The notes beneath the pieces were generated by a model that did not search any database, was not told the DNA's origin, and was given only the letters and a program-made list of their open reading frames with translations. DNA of 64,000 bases, taken from NCBI GenBank assembly GCA_965207065.1, contig OZ242260.1, positions 576,001-640,000 on the forward strand. The letters run 5' to 3'. This DNA comes from a bacterium (GTDB lineage Bacteria > UBA8248). Positions 27,998-36,932 of this stretch are shown here, piece by piece (the first letter of the stretch is position 1; every line of letters begins with the position of its first letter). The position numbers and the translations under genes are program-made.

Positions 27998-28333
27998 GGC
28001 GGGGGCTTGCCCTGCGCGGATGACCTGGAGAATCAAGGCGCGAGCATCCCTGGCGCGCCCGCCGACCGCGCAGCTGTGGCCATCAAGCGCCGACAGGTAT
28101 TACAATCATCCTGGAATGCCTGGCAAAGGCGAGAAGTCATGGCCTGGCCGATGAGTCCGCCAGTAAAGACTTTCGTGAACGGACGCGGACAAGAAACATC
28201 GCAAACCTGGCGGGTTCGATTTTGTGAAGAATTATATTCCGCAAACTGGTAATATAATCGCAGAAGAATGCGACACGTTTCAATTTCTGCTTCTGCCGAT
28301 TCTGTTGATGGCTCTCAACCGGAGGGAATGATA

Positions 28334-29149
28334 ATGCGCGCTCGTCTCGCCCGCACTGTATTCTTGCTTCTTGCAATCTGCACGTACGTTCTGGCCCACT
28401 CCCCCGCGATGCCGCGCGCGGAGGGCGCGACGCCCGAGGAGAGAGGGATCAAGATCGCGCGCGATACCCGCGAGAAAGCCAGAGGCTTCGGGAACTTCAC
28501 GGCCGCGCAGAGCATGGTGCTTCGCAACAGGCACGGCCAGGAGAGCCGGCGCCAGCTCCGCGTGAAGGTGATCGAAACGGACGGTGGAGGCAACAAGAGC
28601 CTGTTCGTCTTCGACCGTCCGCGCGACGTGAGGGGTACCGCGCTGCTCGTCCACACCCACAAGAAAAAGAACGACGACCAGTGGCTCTACCTGCCCGCTC
28701 TCAAGCGGGTCAAGCGCATCAGTTCGACGAACCAGTCGGGATCGTTCATGGGCAGCGAATTCGCTTACGAGGACATGGGCACCCAGGAGGTGGAGAAATA
28801 CACCTACCGCTACCTGCGCGACGAGCCTTGCGGCAAGCTGACCTGTACGGTCGTGGAGCGCTTCCCGACGAACAAGCGCTCGGGCTACACGCGCCAGATC
28901 GTCTGGCAGGACAAGGGCGAGCTTCGGGCCTGGAAAGTCCATTACTACGACCGCAAGAACGCGCACCTGAAGACGCTCACACTGGCGAAATACAAGAAGT
29001 ATCTGGACAAGTACTGGCAGGCCGGCGAGATGAACATGGTGAACCACCTGACGGGCAAGAGCACCGTTCTTAGCTGGAAGGATTACAAGTTCCGCACCAA
29101 GCTCAAAGCCAGCGAATTCACCCGGACCGGGCTGAAACGGGTGCGCTGA
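28334..29149 (+). CDS. LolA-like outer-membrane lipoprotein-sorting protein
   Basis: Signal peptide, PRDVRGTALL, DDQWLYLPALKRVKRI, GSFMGSEFAYED, YYDRK...KTL. Confidence 0.9.
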   Translation: MRARLARTVFLLLAICTYVLAHSPAMPRAEGATPEERGIKIARDTREKARGFGNFTAAQSMVLRNRHGQESRRQLRVKVIETDGGGNKSLFVFDRPRDVRGTALLVHTHKKKNDDQWLYLPALKRVKRISSTNQSGSFMGSEFAYEDMGTQEVEKYTYRYLRDEPCGKLTCTVVERFPTNKRSGYTRQIVWQDKGELRAWKVHYYDRKNAHLKTLTLAKYKKYLDKYWQAGEMNMVNHLTGKSTVLSWKDYKFRTKLKASEFTRTGLKRVR

Positions 29150-30405
29150 TGCCGCTGCGCGCCGTTTTTCACCGCGCGGTGTTCGCCACCGTCCCCGCCC
29201 TGGTCGTTTTCTTTCTCGCCGGGGTGAGCCTCGGAGCCGAAAGCATCGAGCACGAGTTCACCGGCAGCGTGGACCTCGACGGCCGCTGGTATCCCCAGCT
29301 CCACGCCCATCCCGAACAGCGCGCGCACGCGAGCGGTTTCGCCGTCGAGCCGAAACTCCATCTCAGGGGCGAGGGCGACTGGAGTTTCACGATGGCGCCG
29401 TTTTTCCGCTACGACGGCGCGGACTCAAGCCGCACCCACGCCGATCTGCGCGAAGCCTACCTTCTGATGTTCGGTGAAGCCGGCGAGGGGGAATGGGAGC
29501 TGCGCCTCGGCGTGGACCGCGTGTTCTGGGGCGTCACCGAGTCGCAGCACCTGGTCGACATCATCAACCAAACCGACCTCGTGGAGCATCCGAACAAGGA
29601 AACCAAGCTGGGCCAGCCCATGGCCCACCTCACCTGGTCGACAGAGCGGGGCATCCTGGAATTTTTTGCCCTGACCTATCACCGCGTGCGCACCTACCCG
29701 GGCCGCCATGGCCGCCTGCGCTCCTCGATCGTCATAGACGATGAGAATGTCACATACGAAAGCGCCGCCCAGGAGTGGCGCGTGGACCTCGCCGCCCGCT
29801 ACAGCCACAGCTTCGGGCCATTCGACTTAGGCGTCAGCGTGTTCGACGGCACCAGCCGGGAGCCTTCCTTCACCCCGCACATTGACGAGCGCGGCGCGCT
29901 GAGCCTGCGCCAGCATTACGAACCGATCCTTCAGTTCAGCGTGGACGCCCAGCTCACAATCGAGTCGTGGCTGTTCAAGCTGGAAGCCCTTCAGCGCGAA
30001 GGCGCGCGAAACCTCCAGGGCGTGAAAGAGGATTTCGCCGCTTTCGTCGTCGGGGGTGAATACACCTTCAACTCCGTTTTCGGCTCGGCCGCCGACCTCG
30101 GCCTGCTCGCTGAATGGAATTACGACGAGCGGCGCGAGCGCTCGAACTCCGAGTTCCAGAACGACCTCTTCTTCGCCGTTCGCCTCGGGCTCAACGACGC
30201 CCAGAGCACGGAGCTTATCGCCGGCGTTCTGGCGGACGCGGACCACACCACGCGCACCATGAGCATCGAATTGAGACGGCGCCTCTCGGATCAGTGGTCC
30301 ATGAAGCTGGAATCGATCATTCTCATGGACGTCGACGAAGAGGACATCATCCATGGCACGAGGCGGGACAGCTTCGTGGCCCTGAACGTTACGTACAACT
30401 TCTAG
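29149..30405 (+). CDS. Outer-membrane beta-barrel protein (usual partner of MMPL/LolA-like genes)
   Basis: Signal peptide, DLREAY, VFWGVTESQHLVDIINQ, amphipathic strands, terminal YNF; translationally coupled to the LolA-like gene. Confidence 0.8.
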   Translation: MPLRAVFHRAVFATVPALVVFFLAGVSLGAESIEHEFTGSVDLDGRWYPQLHAHPEQRAHASGFAVEPKLHLRGEGDWSFTMAPFFRYDGADSSRTHADLREAYLLMFGEAGEGEWELRLGVDRVFWGVTESQHLVDIINQTDLVEHPNKETKLGQPMAHLTWSTERGILEFFALTYHRVRTYPGRHGRLRSSIVIDDENVTYESAAQEWRVDLAARYSHSFGPFDLGVSVFDGTSREPSFTPHIDERGALSLRQHYEPILQFSVDAQLTIESWLFKLEALQREGARNLQGVKEDFAAFVVGGEYTFNSVFGSAADLGLLAEWNYDERRERSNSEFQNDLFFAVRLGLNDAQSTELIAGVLADADHTTRTMSIELRRRLSDQWSMKLESIILMDVDEEDIIHGTRRDSFVALNVTYNF

Positions 30406-30440
30406 ATCAATTTCTTTTCGTCTGCACGCCCGATGGAGGC

Positions 30441-30604
30441 GGGGCTGTTGAAAAGTCCTCCGGGGGGAGTGATGGCCCAAAAAGCACCACGCAATGCGGG
30501 ATGGTGGTTTTGCTCTTCGCTTTTGATCGGTTTATTTCGGTCGATGAGGAAAAGAGCGAGGACAGGTCGCGACCCCGGACAGGCGCGGGGGCCTGTCCGG
30601 CTAC
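30441..30604. repeat. Solo MITE end plus GTAG-type REP
   Basis: GGGGCTGTTGAAAAGTCC (30441-30458) matches the MITE left end; GGACAGG...CCTGTCC...CTAC at 30560-30604. Confidence 0.6.
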
Positions 30605-30634
30605 GGCGGCGTCCCTCGATACGGCCGTTGCCGG

Positions 30635-32668
30635 TCAGGAAGTGAGGGCGACCGCCTGGTGGTCACTTGCCGCCCGATCAGATGAGAAGATCGGGCGCTT
30701 CGACTTGATTCGGAGCTTGAGGCTCTTGCGAGGGGTGCAGGTCGGGAACGGGTTTATCTTGACCGGGTAGCTCGATGGCAGCACTTCAAGCTCGAAGTAG
30801 TAGGCGATCATCAACAGATTGATCGTCATCTGATATTCCGCCACCCTCGGGCCGAGGCAGGTGTGCGTGCCGAAACCGAATGCCCCGTAAGCCCCGTGTT
30901 TCTTGTGCTCCTCGCGCCCGGGAAGATACCGGTCGATATCGAACTTCTCCGGATCCGGATAGTTCTCCTCCATGTAGTGAACGGCGGTGGACGCCAGCAC
31001 GACACGGGAATCGAGGGGTAGTTCATAGCCCTCCACGATGCAACTGTTCATGACGGTTCTCAGCTGCAACGGCACGCTGGGATAGATCCGGAGGGTTTCG
31101 AGAATCAGCCGGTGGGCGGTGTCGATGGCCTCCTCGTTCAAGTCCTCAGGTCCCGGGTCTCCGTTCGCGAACAGCGCCTCGGCTTCCCTGCGCACGCGCT
31201 GAAAGACATCCGGATGGGAGACCATCAAATAGAGCCCGAAACCGACGGCGGTGCCCATGTACATGGCTGCAACGAACGGTATGATCATCATGAACCTGGT
31301 ATCGGTATCCGGAAAGTACTGGGGGTCGCTGTCGTGCAGGCTGATCAGGTCGTCGATCAGGTCGCGGGGTTGGTTTTCGCGCTGCGCCGGGGTGTGCGAG
31401 TTGCGGATCATGGAATAGACGCGGTCGATGCGCCGCCGGATGGCCTTCATCCGCGGCGTTCGCATGAAGGACTTCGGCAATATCTTCTGCGCGTAGGTGA
31501 TCAACATGCGGTTCTTGTATTTGTGGATGTCGTCCACGTATTCTGAAAAATCCATGCTGAACAGGAGCCGGGATACCTGGCCGGACATCAGAGTGCGGGT
31601 TGCGTCCTTGGCGACGAGCACGTCGCCCACGTTCCACGAATCCAGGGCCAGCCGTATCTCCTGGAACATATCTCCGAGACGTTCGTTCAGGCGGCTCCGG
31701 GAGGAGGCCATCTGGAACGCCTTGCGCATGCGGAAATGTTCGGCCCCGTCCATGCCCGGCAGGCTTCTCGATGCGCCGAGCACGGCCTCCATACCCTCCA
31801 TGGTTTCCTTCGACCGCAGGTGCATCCGACCGTTCCGGTTGACCCAGATGTTGGCATCGTTCCCGGCGATGACGAAAACTTTCTTCCTGGAAAAGGGAGA
31901 CTTGATCGCGAAGACGGGACCATAGTCGCGGTAAAGATCGGCCAGCAGTTTGGACGTATTCCCCTGCCAGAGCGAATCTTTGCGGAGCATTTTCCACAGG
32001 CTTACGTTGGGAATGGGTTTTGTCGCTATCGCGATGGAGCGACTGACCGACGTCTCCGCGACGGCGGCGGCGACGGAGCGGCTGATGCGGTCCAGCATGC
32101 CCAGCAGCTCGATACGCTCGCGCGAAGCCTCATAGTCTGCCGGCTGCAGTAGAAACCGGAACGCGTCGCAGGAATTGGCGAGGCCGATGAGAATGGCGTC
32201 ACGGGGATAGGGTATGCCGTCTCCCAGGATCGTCTCGACGATTCGCCGGCGTACTATCGCCCGGGATTCGCCGCCGAACATACTGTAGCCCGCATCTGCC
32301 GCGTTTCGCGAGAGAGACCAGAAGCCGCCGTTCGTATAGTCCAGGATTCCATGTTTCGACAACCGCCGGAGAGCATGATCCAGTATCTCGTCCGACGCGC
32401 CGGCGATTTTCTCGACCCAGTAACTGACGCTGCGCGGCTCTGATTCGCCGGCGATGGCCGCCAGTACGGGGTCGAGGAGGTCGTCACCCACAAGTGATGC
32501 GTCGTCCAGCGCAAGGGTCTCGTGAGCGGTGTCGATACGGGACTCGAGGTCCAGGTCCGCCAGCACGGCCCCGGCGAGAACGCACGAGAGATTCCAGCCC
32601 GCCACCTGTTCGAGATAGCCGCTCTCTTCGTTCAGCAACAGGAGTATGATTTCTTCCGTCAGCCTCAT
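30635..32668 (-). CDS. Cytochrome P450 with N-terminal GPP34/GOLPH3-like domain
   Basis: N-terminus LTEEIILLLL...LAGAVLADL...DDLLD (GPP34 pattern); P450 ETLR, FDIDRY and heme motif FGFGTHTCLG. Confidence 0.88.
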   Translation of the reverse strand: MRLTEEIILLLLNEESGYLEQVAGWNLSCVLAGAVLADLDLESRIDTAHETLALDDASLVGDDLLDPVLAAIAGESEPRSVSYWVEKIAGASDEILDHALRRLSKHGILDYTNGGFWSLSRNAADAGYSMFGGESRAIVRRRIVETILGDGIPYPRDAILIGLANSCDAFRFLLQPADYEASRERIELLGMLDRISRSVAAAVAETSVSRSIAIATKPIPNVSLWKMLRKDSLWQGNTSKLLADLYRDYGPVFAIKSPFSRKKVFVIAGNDANIWVNRNGRMHLRSKETMEGMEAVLGASRSLPGMDGAEHFRMRKAFQMASSRSRLNERLGDMFQEIRLALDSWNVGDVLVAKDATRTLMSGQVSRLLFSMDFSEYVDDIHKYKNRMLITYAQKILPKSFMRTPRMKAIRRRIDRVYSMIRNSHTPAQRENQPRDLIDDLISLHDSDPQYFPDTDTRFMMIIPFVAAMYMGTAVGFGLYLMVSHPDVFQRVRREAEALFANGDPGPEDLNEEAIDTAHRLILETLRIYPSVPLQLRTVMNSCIVEGYELPLDSRVVLASTAVHYMEENYPDPEKFDIDRYLPGREEHKKHGAYGAFGFGTHTCLGPRVAEYQMTINLLMIAYYFELEVLPSSYPVKINPFPTCTPRKSLKLRIKSKRPIFSSDRAASDHQAVALTS

Positions 32669-32863
32669 CGGACTACACACCTCGAAAATTGGCGTAGGAG
32701 CATTTCACTCTACACAGCTTCCAGCGGACAGGTTGTGTCGCTCAGGCCGCCACGACAGGAAGCCAGATGGGGCCATTATGGCGTAGAAAAACAATAGATT
32801 TCAAGTATTTTAATTATACTGTTTCAGTTTCCCTGGACGGCCGAGGGTCGTACAAGGCAGCGG

Positions 32864-33604
32864 CTATCCGCCGCCTATGGACGCGAACTGCTCGACCGCT
32901 TTTTGGTGAACAAGCCGCTCAAAGGCGTCTTTGGGCGGCAATCCTATCGCGCGCTTCAGCAGGCCGCGCGCCTTCGCGCGGTTCCCTTCGGCGTCCAGGC
33001 TCAGGAGGCCGAGCGCGTACTCGAAAAGCGCCACCTTGTCCCGAGGCGCCAATGCGAGCGCCCGCTCGAAATGGGCGAGCGCTTTTTCCTCGTCCGCCCC
33101 GTAGAGCAGACCGGCGAGGAATCCCCCCGCGCCGACGGCGCCCGCATGCCAGGCGCCCAGGCTCACGTGGGCGGCCGCCATTTTCGGGTCCAGCCGGAGC
33201 GCCTCCTCAATCGCATCGCGCACTCTGGTTGCGTAGCCCTCTTTGAGCGCCTGAAGCGTCCCCACCACCTGCGCCTGGCGGCCCATGGCGTGGGCCAGCT
33301 GGAGATGGGCCCCGGGGTTGGCCGCGTCTAGCCTTATCGCCTTTCGTGCGGACTCCTCCGCTCGCCTGAACAAGCCCTCCTTTTCACCTTCCGGCGCCAT
33401 GTAGTAGCCATGAATCGCCAGTGAATCGGCGGCCAACGCATGGCCTTCGGATGTGCCGAGCGTCCGGGCGAGAGAGGCGGCCTCCATGAAGCGGCCTTCG
33501 GCATACGCGGCGCGCGCCTCATCAATTGACTGCGCGCCGGCATTCCCCCCCAGAACGAACAAGAAAACTATCGTCAGGCAGGTGCGTATGATGGGCTTGT
33601 TCAT
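32864..33604 (-). CDS. Secreted TPR-like protein
   Basis: Signal peptide; helical repeats AIRLDAANPGAHL, ALRLDPKMAAAHV, ALALAPRD. Confidence 0.8.
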   Translation of the reverse strand: MNKPIIRTCLTIVFLFVLGGNAGAQSIDEARAAYAEGRFMEAASLARTLGTSEGHALAADSLAIHGYYMAPEGEKEGLFRRAEESARKAIRLDAANPGAHLQLAHAMGRQAQVVGTLQALKEGYATRVRDAIEEALRLDPKMAAAHVSLGAWHAGAVGAGGFLAGLLYGADEEKALAHFERALALAPRDKVALFEYALGLLSLDAEGNRAKARGLLKRAIGLPPKDAFERLVHQKAVEQFASIGGG

Positions 33605-33742
33605 GACGTGCTTCCTGCTAACCGGCGGATTCCATGATCGTTTCAGTCCAGGAGGGAATTATATAAATATCGCAAGAGGCGGCCGGCTTCGCCGAAGACC
33701 ACGGCGGCGAGGTTCATTCGGTGCGCCTGGTCACTATCGCGA

Positions 33743-36028
33743 TTACTTCCTGTCAAGGACCATCAGCAAAGACGGGAGGAGCAGGAGATCCAGGATCAGC
33801 GCGAAGGCGAGCGTGAGCGCAACCAGCAAGCCGAGCATCCAGGTGATCGCGAATCCCGACGTGGCGAACACCAGGAAGCCCAGCACCAGGATCATGGTCG
33901 TAGAGAACAGCGCAAAGCCGACCGTACGGAAGGTGGCGCGCACCGCCTCGGGTGAGGAAAGGCCCTCGCGGCGCGACTTCAGATACTTGCTCATGAAGTG
34001 AATCGTGTCGTCGACGACGATCCCGAAGGCGATGGCGGTCACGAGAGAACCGGCGGGCCCCACCTCGCTGTACAGATAACCCCAGACGCCGAAGGCCATG
34101 GCCGCGGGGATGAGGTTGGGCATGAGGCTGACGAGGCCCAGGCGCAGGCTCTTGAAAATCCCGATCAGGATCAGCGAAATGAGGATCATGCCGGTGAGCG
34201 TGCCCCACAACATGCTCAAGGTGTTCTGGATGGCCAGGTGCGCGAAGATGAGGCTGTAGCCCGACGCCTCTTTCGCGAGGCCGGGCGCGTTGGCGCCGAG
34301 CCGGTTCTGCCCGCGCGCTTCGAGCGCGCGCAACTCCTCGGACTTGAGCCTGGTGAGCGTGACGGTCATGCGCGTCGCGGACTTGGCGACGTTGATGCGG
34401 TTGTTGAGGTCCATGCCGAAGGGAACCGAAAGCTCGTAGAGCAGCAGGTACTGCGCGGCGAGCCGGGAGTTGTCGGGCAGCCGGTAGAAAGCCGGCTTGT
34501 CGCCGTTCATGTTCTTGTTGAGGCGCTTCATGATGTCCGTGAACACCTGGACGTGCGCCACTTCCGGCTGGGCGCGGAACCATTCGGCGAAGGCTTCGAC
34601 CTTGCGGAGATACCCGGGATCGGTGATGCCGCCTTCGCGACCGGAGTCCAGGGAGTACTCCAGGGTTTCCACGCCGGTCAGGTTCTCGATGACGAAGTCC
34701 GTGTCGCGCCGGAACTCGTAACGCTCATCCAGATGCTGCGTCCAGTTGTCCGTCAGCTCGACTTTGGGCACGCCGGCCACCAGGATGAGCGCGACGGCGG
34801 CCACGGCCCAGAGCAGGTGCGTGCGTCTTGCGACGACGAAGGCGCCGAGCCGATCGAAGAGGCTGGAGCCCCCGGCGCCCGCGGGACGCGCGCGGAGCGG
34901 CAGCACCGACAGCAGCGCCGGCAGAAGCGTCATGGAATAGGCGTAGGCGCACAGCATGCCGAACGCCACCAGGTTGCCGAGGATCCGAAACGGCGGGGAG
35001 TCCGAGGCGTTCATGCTGAAGAACCCGATCATCGTCGTGGCCGTCGTCAGGAACACGGGCCAGGCGTTCTCGCGCAGCGACCCGGCGATCGCGGCGTCCC
35101 TGTCCAGCCCTCCCCGCATGCCTGAAACGATCGAATCGACGACGTGGACCGAGTGCGCGATGGCGAGCGTCATGATGATGAGGGGAACGCTGGAGTTGGC
35201 CGCGTTGAGCACCAGGCCGATCCAGCCGATGACGCCCATTGTCGAGATGACGGTGAAGATGACCACGGCGACGAGGGACAGCGTGCCGAACAGGGAGCGC
35301 AGCAGGATGGCGGCGACGGCCACGATGACGAGGAACGCCGCGGGCGCGAGGATCCCCATGTCGTCCTGGGCCGCTTCCGTCAGGACCTGGTTCACGAAGA
35401 CGTTGCCGGTCACGTGATACTCGATGTCCGGGTGGGCCTTCCGGGCCTTCTCCAGGAGGCCGCGGATATGGTTGTAAATCCGGATCTCCGCGGCGTCGGA
35501 ACGCTCGGGCAGGGCGAAGATGATGACCAGCCCGGCGACGCGCCCGTCTTTCGAGACGAGACGGCCCACGATGCTGCTCTCGCTCAGCGCGATCTTCTCG
35601 ATCCGCGCGAGATCGTCGTCGCTTAGAGATCCCGCGCCGTCCACGAGGCGCTCGACGATCAGGTCGTCCTCTTCCGCCTCGGTGTGGTTATAGTTCGTGA
35701 TGGAGTCGACCCGAGTGGCCCTGGGCACGCGCCAGGCGGCTTCGGTCAGTTCCTCGACGGCGGCGAGCGCCTCGCGGGTGAACACCGACCCCGCTTTGGG
35801 CGCGACGGCGATCACCGCCGCATTGGTCGCCGAATAGGTGGCCTCCATGGCGTCGAACGCGACGAGTTGGGGATTGCCCTCGTCCAGCATGTCGCGCCAG
35901 TCGTTGGAGATGACGATGGTGCGGAGGCCGACCGCCAGAATCAGCATGACCGCCACGCTCGCCGCGAGGACCAGCTTTCTGTTGCGCAACATGAACGCGA
36001 TGTAGCGGTTCAGAGGTGCGGACATCAC
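33743..36028 (-). CDS. MMPL/RND-family lipid transporter
   Basis: Two-fold RND topology; TTATTMIGF, IAFGIVVDDTIHF, LILDLLLLPSLL. Confidence 0.92.
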   Translation of the reverse strand: MMSAPLNRYIAFMLRNRKLVLAASVAVMLILAVGLRTIVISNDWRDMLDEGNPQLVAFDAMEATYSATNAAVIAVAPKAGSVFTREALAAVEELTEAAWRVPRATRVDSITNYNHTEAEEDDLIVERLVDGAGSLSDDDLARIEKIALSESSIVGRLVSKDGRVAGLVIIFALPERSDAAEIRIYNHIRGLLEKARKAHPDIEYHVTGNVFVNQVLTEAAQDDMGILAPAAFLVIVAVAAILLRSLFGTLSLVAVVIFTVISTMGVIGWIGLVLNAANSSVPLIIMTLAIAHSVHVVDSIVSGMRGGLDRDAAIAGSLRENAWPVFLTTATTMIGFFSMNASDSPPFRILGNLVAFGMLCAYAYSMTLLPALLSVLPLRARPAGAGGSSLFDRLGAFVVARRTHLLWAVAAVALILVAGVPKVELTDNWTQHLDERYEFRRDTDFVIENLTGVETLEYSLDSGREGGITDPGYLRKVEAFAEWFRAQPEVAHVQVFTDIMKRLNKNMNGDKPAFYRLPDNSRLAAQYLLLYELSVPFGMDLNNRINVAKSATRMTVTLTRLKSEELRALEARGQNRLGANAPGLAKEASGYSLIFAHLAIQNTLSMLWGTLTGMILISLILIGIFKSLRLGLVSLMPNLIPAAMAFGVWGYLYSEVGPAGSLVTAIAFGIVVDDTIHFMSKYLKSRREGLSSPEAVRATFRTVGFALFSTTMILVLGFLVFATSGFAITWMLGLLVALTLAFALILDLLLLPSLLMVLDRK

Positions 36029-36316
36029 AGCCTCGCTGTCCGGCGGCTCCCAGGCGCGGCGAACCCGCCGGTTCCATGGGCGGTCGTTGTCCTGAGATGG
36101 AACCCGATTGTCGAAACGCGGCTTCCAACGGGCGGAATTGTGTCGCGCTAGCCGCCATGGCTAAAAGTAAAGTGCGGATCATCTTAGCCCAGGGGGACCA
36201 TGGATTCAAGTTTTTTGTCCCGCGCCGGGTCCTCCGGGCGGCCCGTGAGATACAGGGGTTGGTGAAGAAGACCCCTTTTTCCGGGGCGGCGGGGACGGCC
36301 CTCCCGACGGGAAAAG

Positions 36317-36512
36317 CAACCCCATTAAAAGGGAAACCACATAAAGTCAACCCCCCCTACCCCCCCTTGTCAGGAACAGCAACCCCCCCTACCCCCCCTT
36401 GTCAGGGGGGTAAGAAAAAGCAAAACCCCCTCGACCCGGCGGGGGCGCATCCTGGCGGGGGGACATCGCCTTTTTATACCCCCCTGACAAGGGGGGGTAG
36501 GGGGGGTTGCTT
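36317..36512. repeat. REP doublet related to the 25-kb MITE, core inverted, left arm partly duplicated
   Basis: Two tandem CAAC(C)nTAC(C)nTTGTCAGG arms and an inverted arm at 36479-36510; left flank shared with 25026-25060. Confidence 0.8.
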
Positions 36513-36596
36513 TTGAGGTCGAGAGGGGCGTCTCCTCTATCCCGAAAAAGTCATCATTTCGTGATTCGGTGTATGGAATCGACCGGGGAGGGAGCG

Positions 36597-36622
36597 GTAG
36601 GGACAGGCCCCCGTGCCTGTCC
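36597..36622. repeat. GTAG-type REP
   Basis: GTAGGGACAGGCCCCCGTGCCTGTCC. Confidence 0.65.
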
Positions 36623-36721
36623 TTGGCCTATCCGCCCCTCCTGTATCAGGCTGAATACGACCGGCGGGCTCCCCTCTTGTCAGGAACAGCGATCCCGCGT
36701 CCTTGCCGCATCAGAAAAAAC

Positions 36722-36750
36722 TTGACAAAGCCGGGGGCGTTGGTGAGTAT
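36722..36750 (+). promoter_or_regulatory. Candidate sigma70 promoter for the barrel-Rieske-SMT operon
   Basis: TTGACA-N17-GAGTAT; the -10 match is weak. Confidence 0.4.
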
Positions 36751-36845
36751 GAAAACGCTGACACATGAAGCGCGCTGAACGCACTCCGCCCGACGCAGCC
36801 AGGCCGGGCGGCGACCGCCCTGACGAGGTTCCAGGCGGTATAAAC

Positions 36846-36863
36846 AGTGCGATGTATCGCACT
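36846..36863. promoter_or_regulatory. Perfect palindrome, candidate operator
   Basis: AGTGCGAT-GT-ATCGCACT, about 70 bp upstream of the start codon. Confidence 0.45.
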
Positions 36864-36932
36864 CTTGAGCGATTACACTCTTGCAGCGATTTTGAGGATG
36901 GGTCCCAGCCGGCCTGAAAGCGAGGAGACGCC

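Noticed and set aside
36815-36840. CTGACGAG as a hammerhead core
   Set aside because: It lies in a hairpin loop with no properly placed stem II or GAAA.
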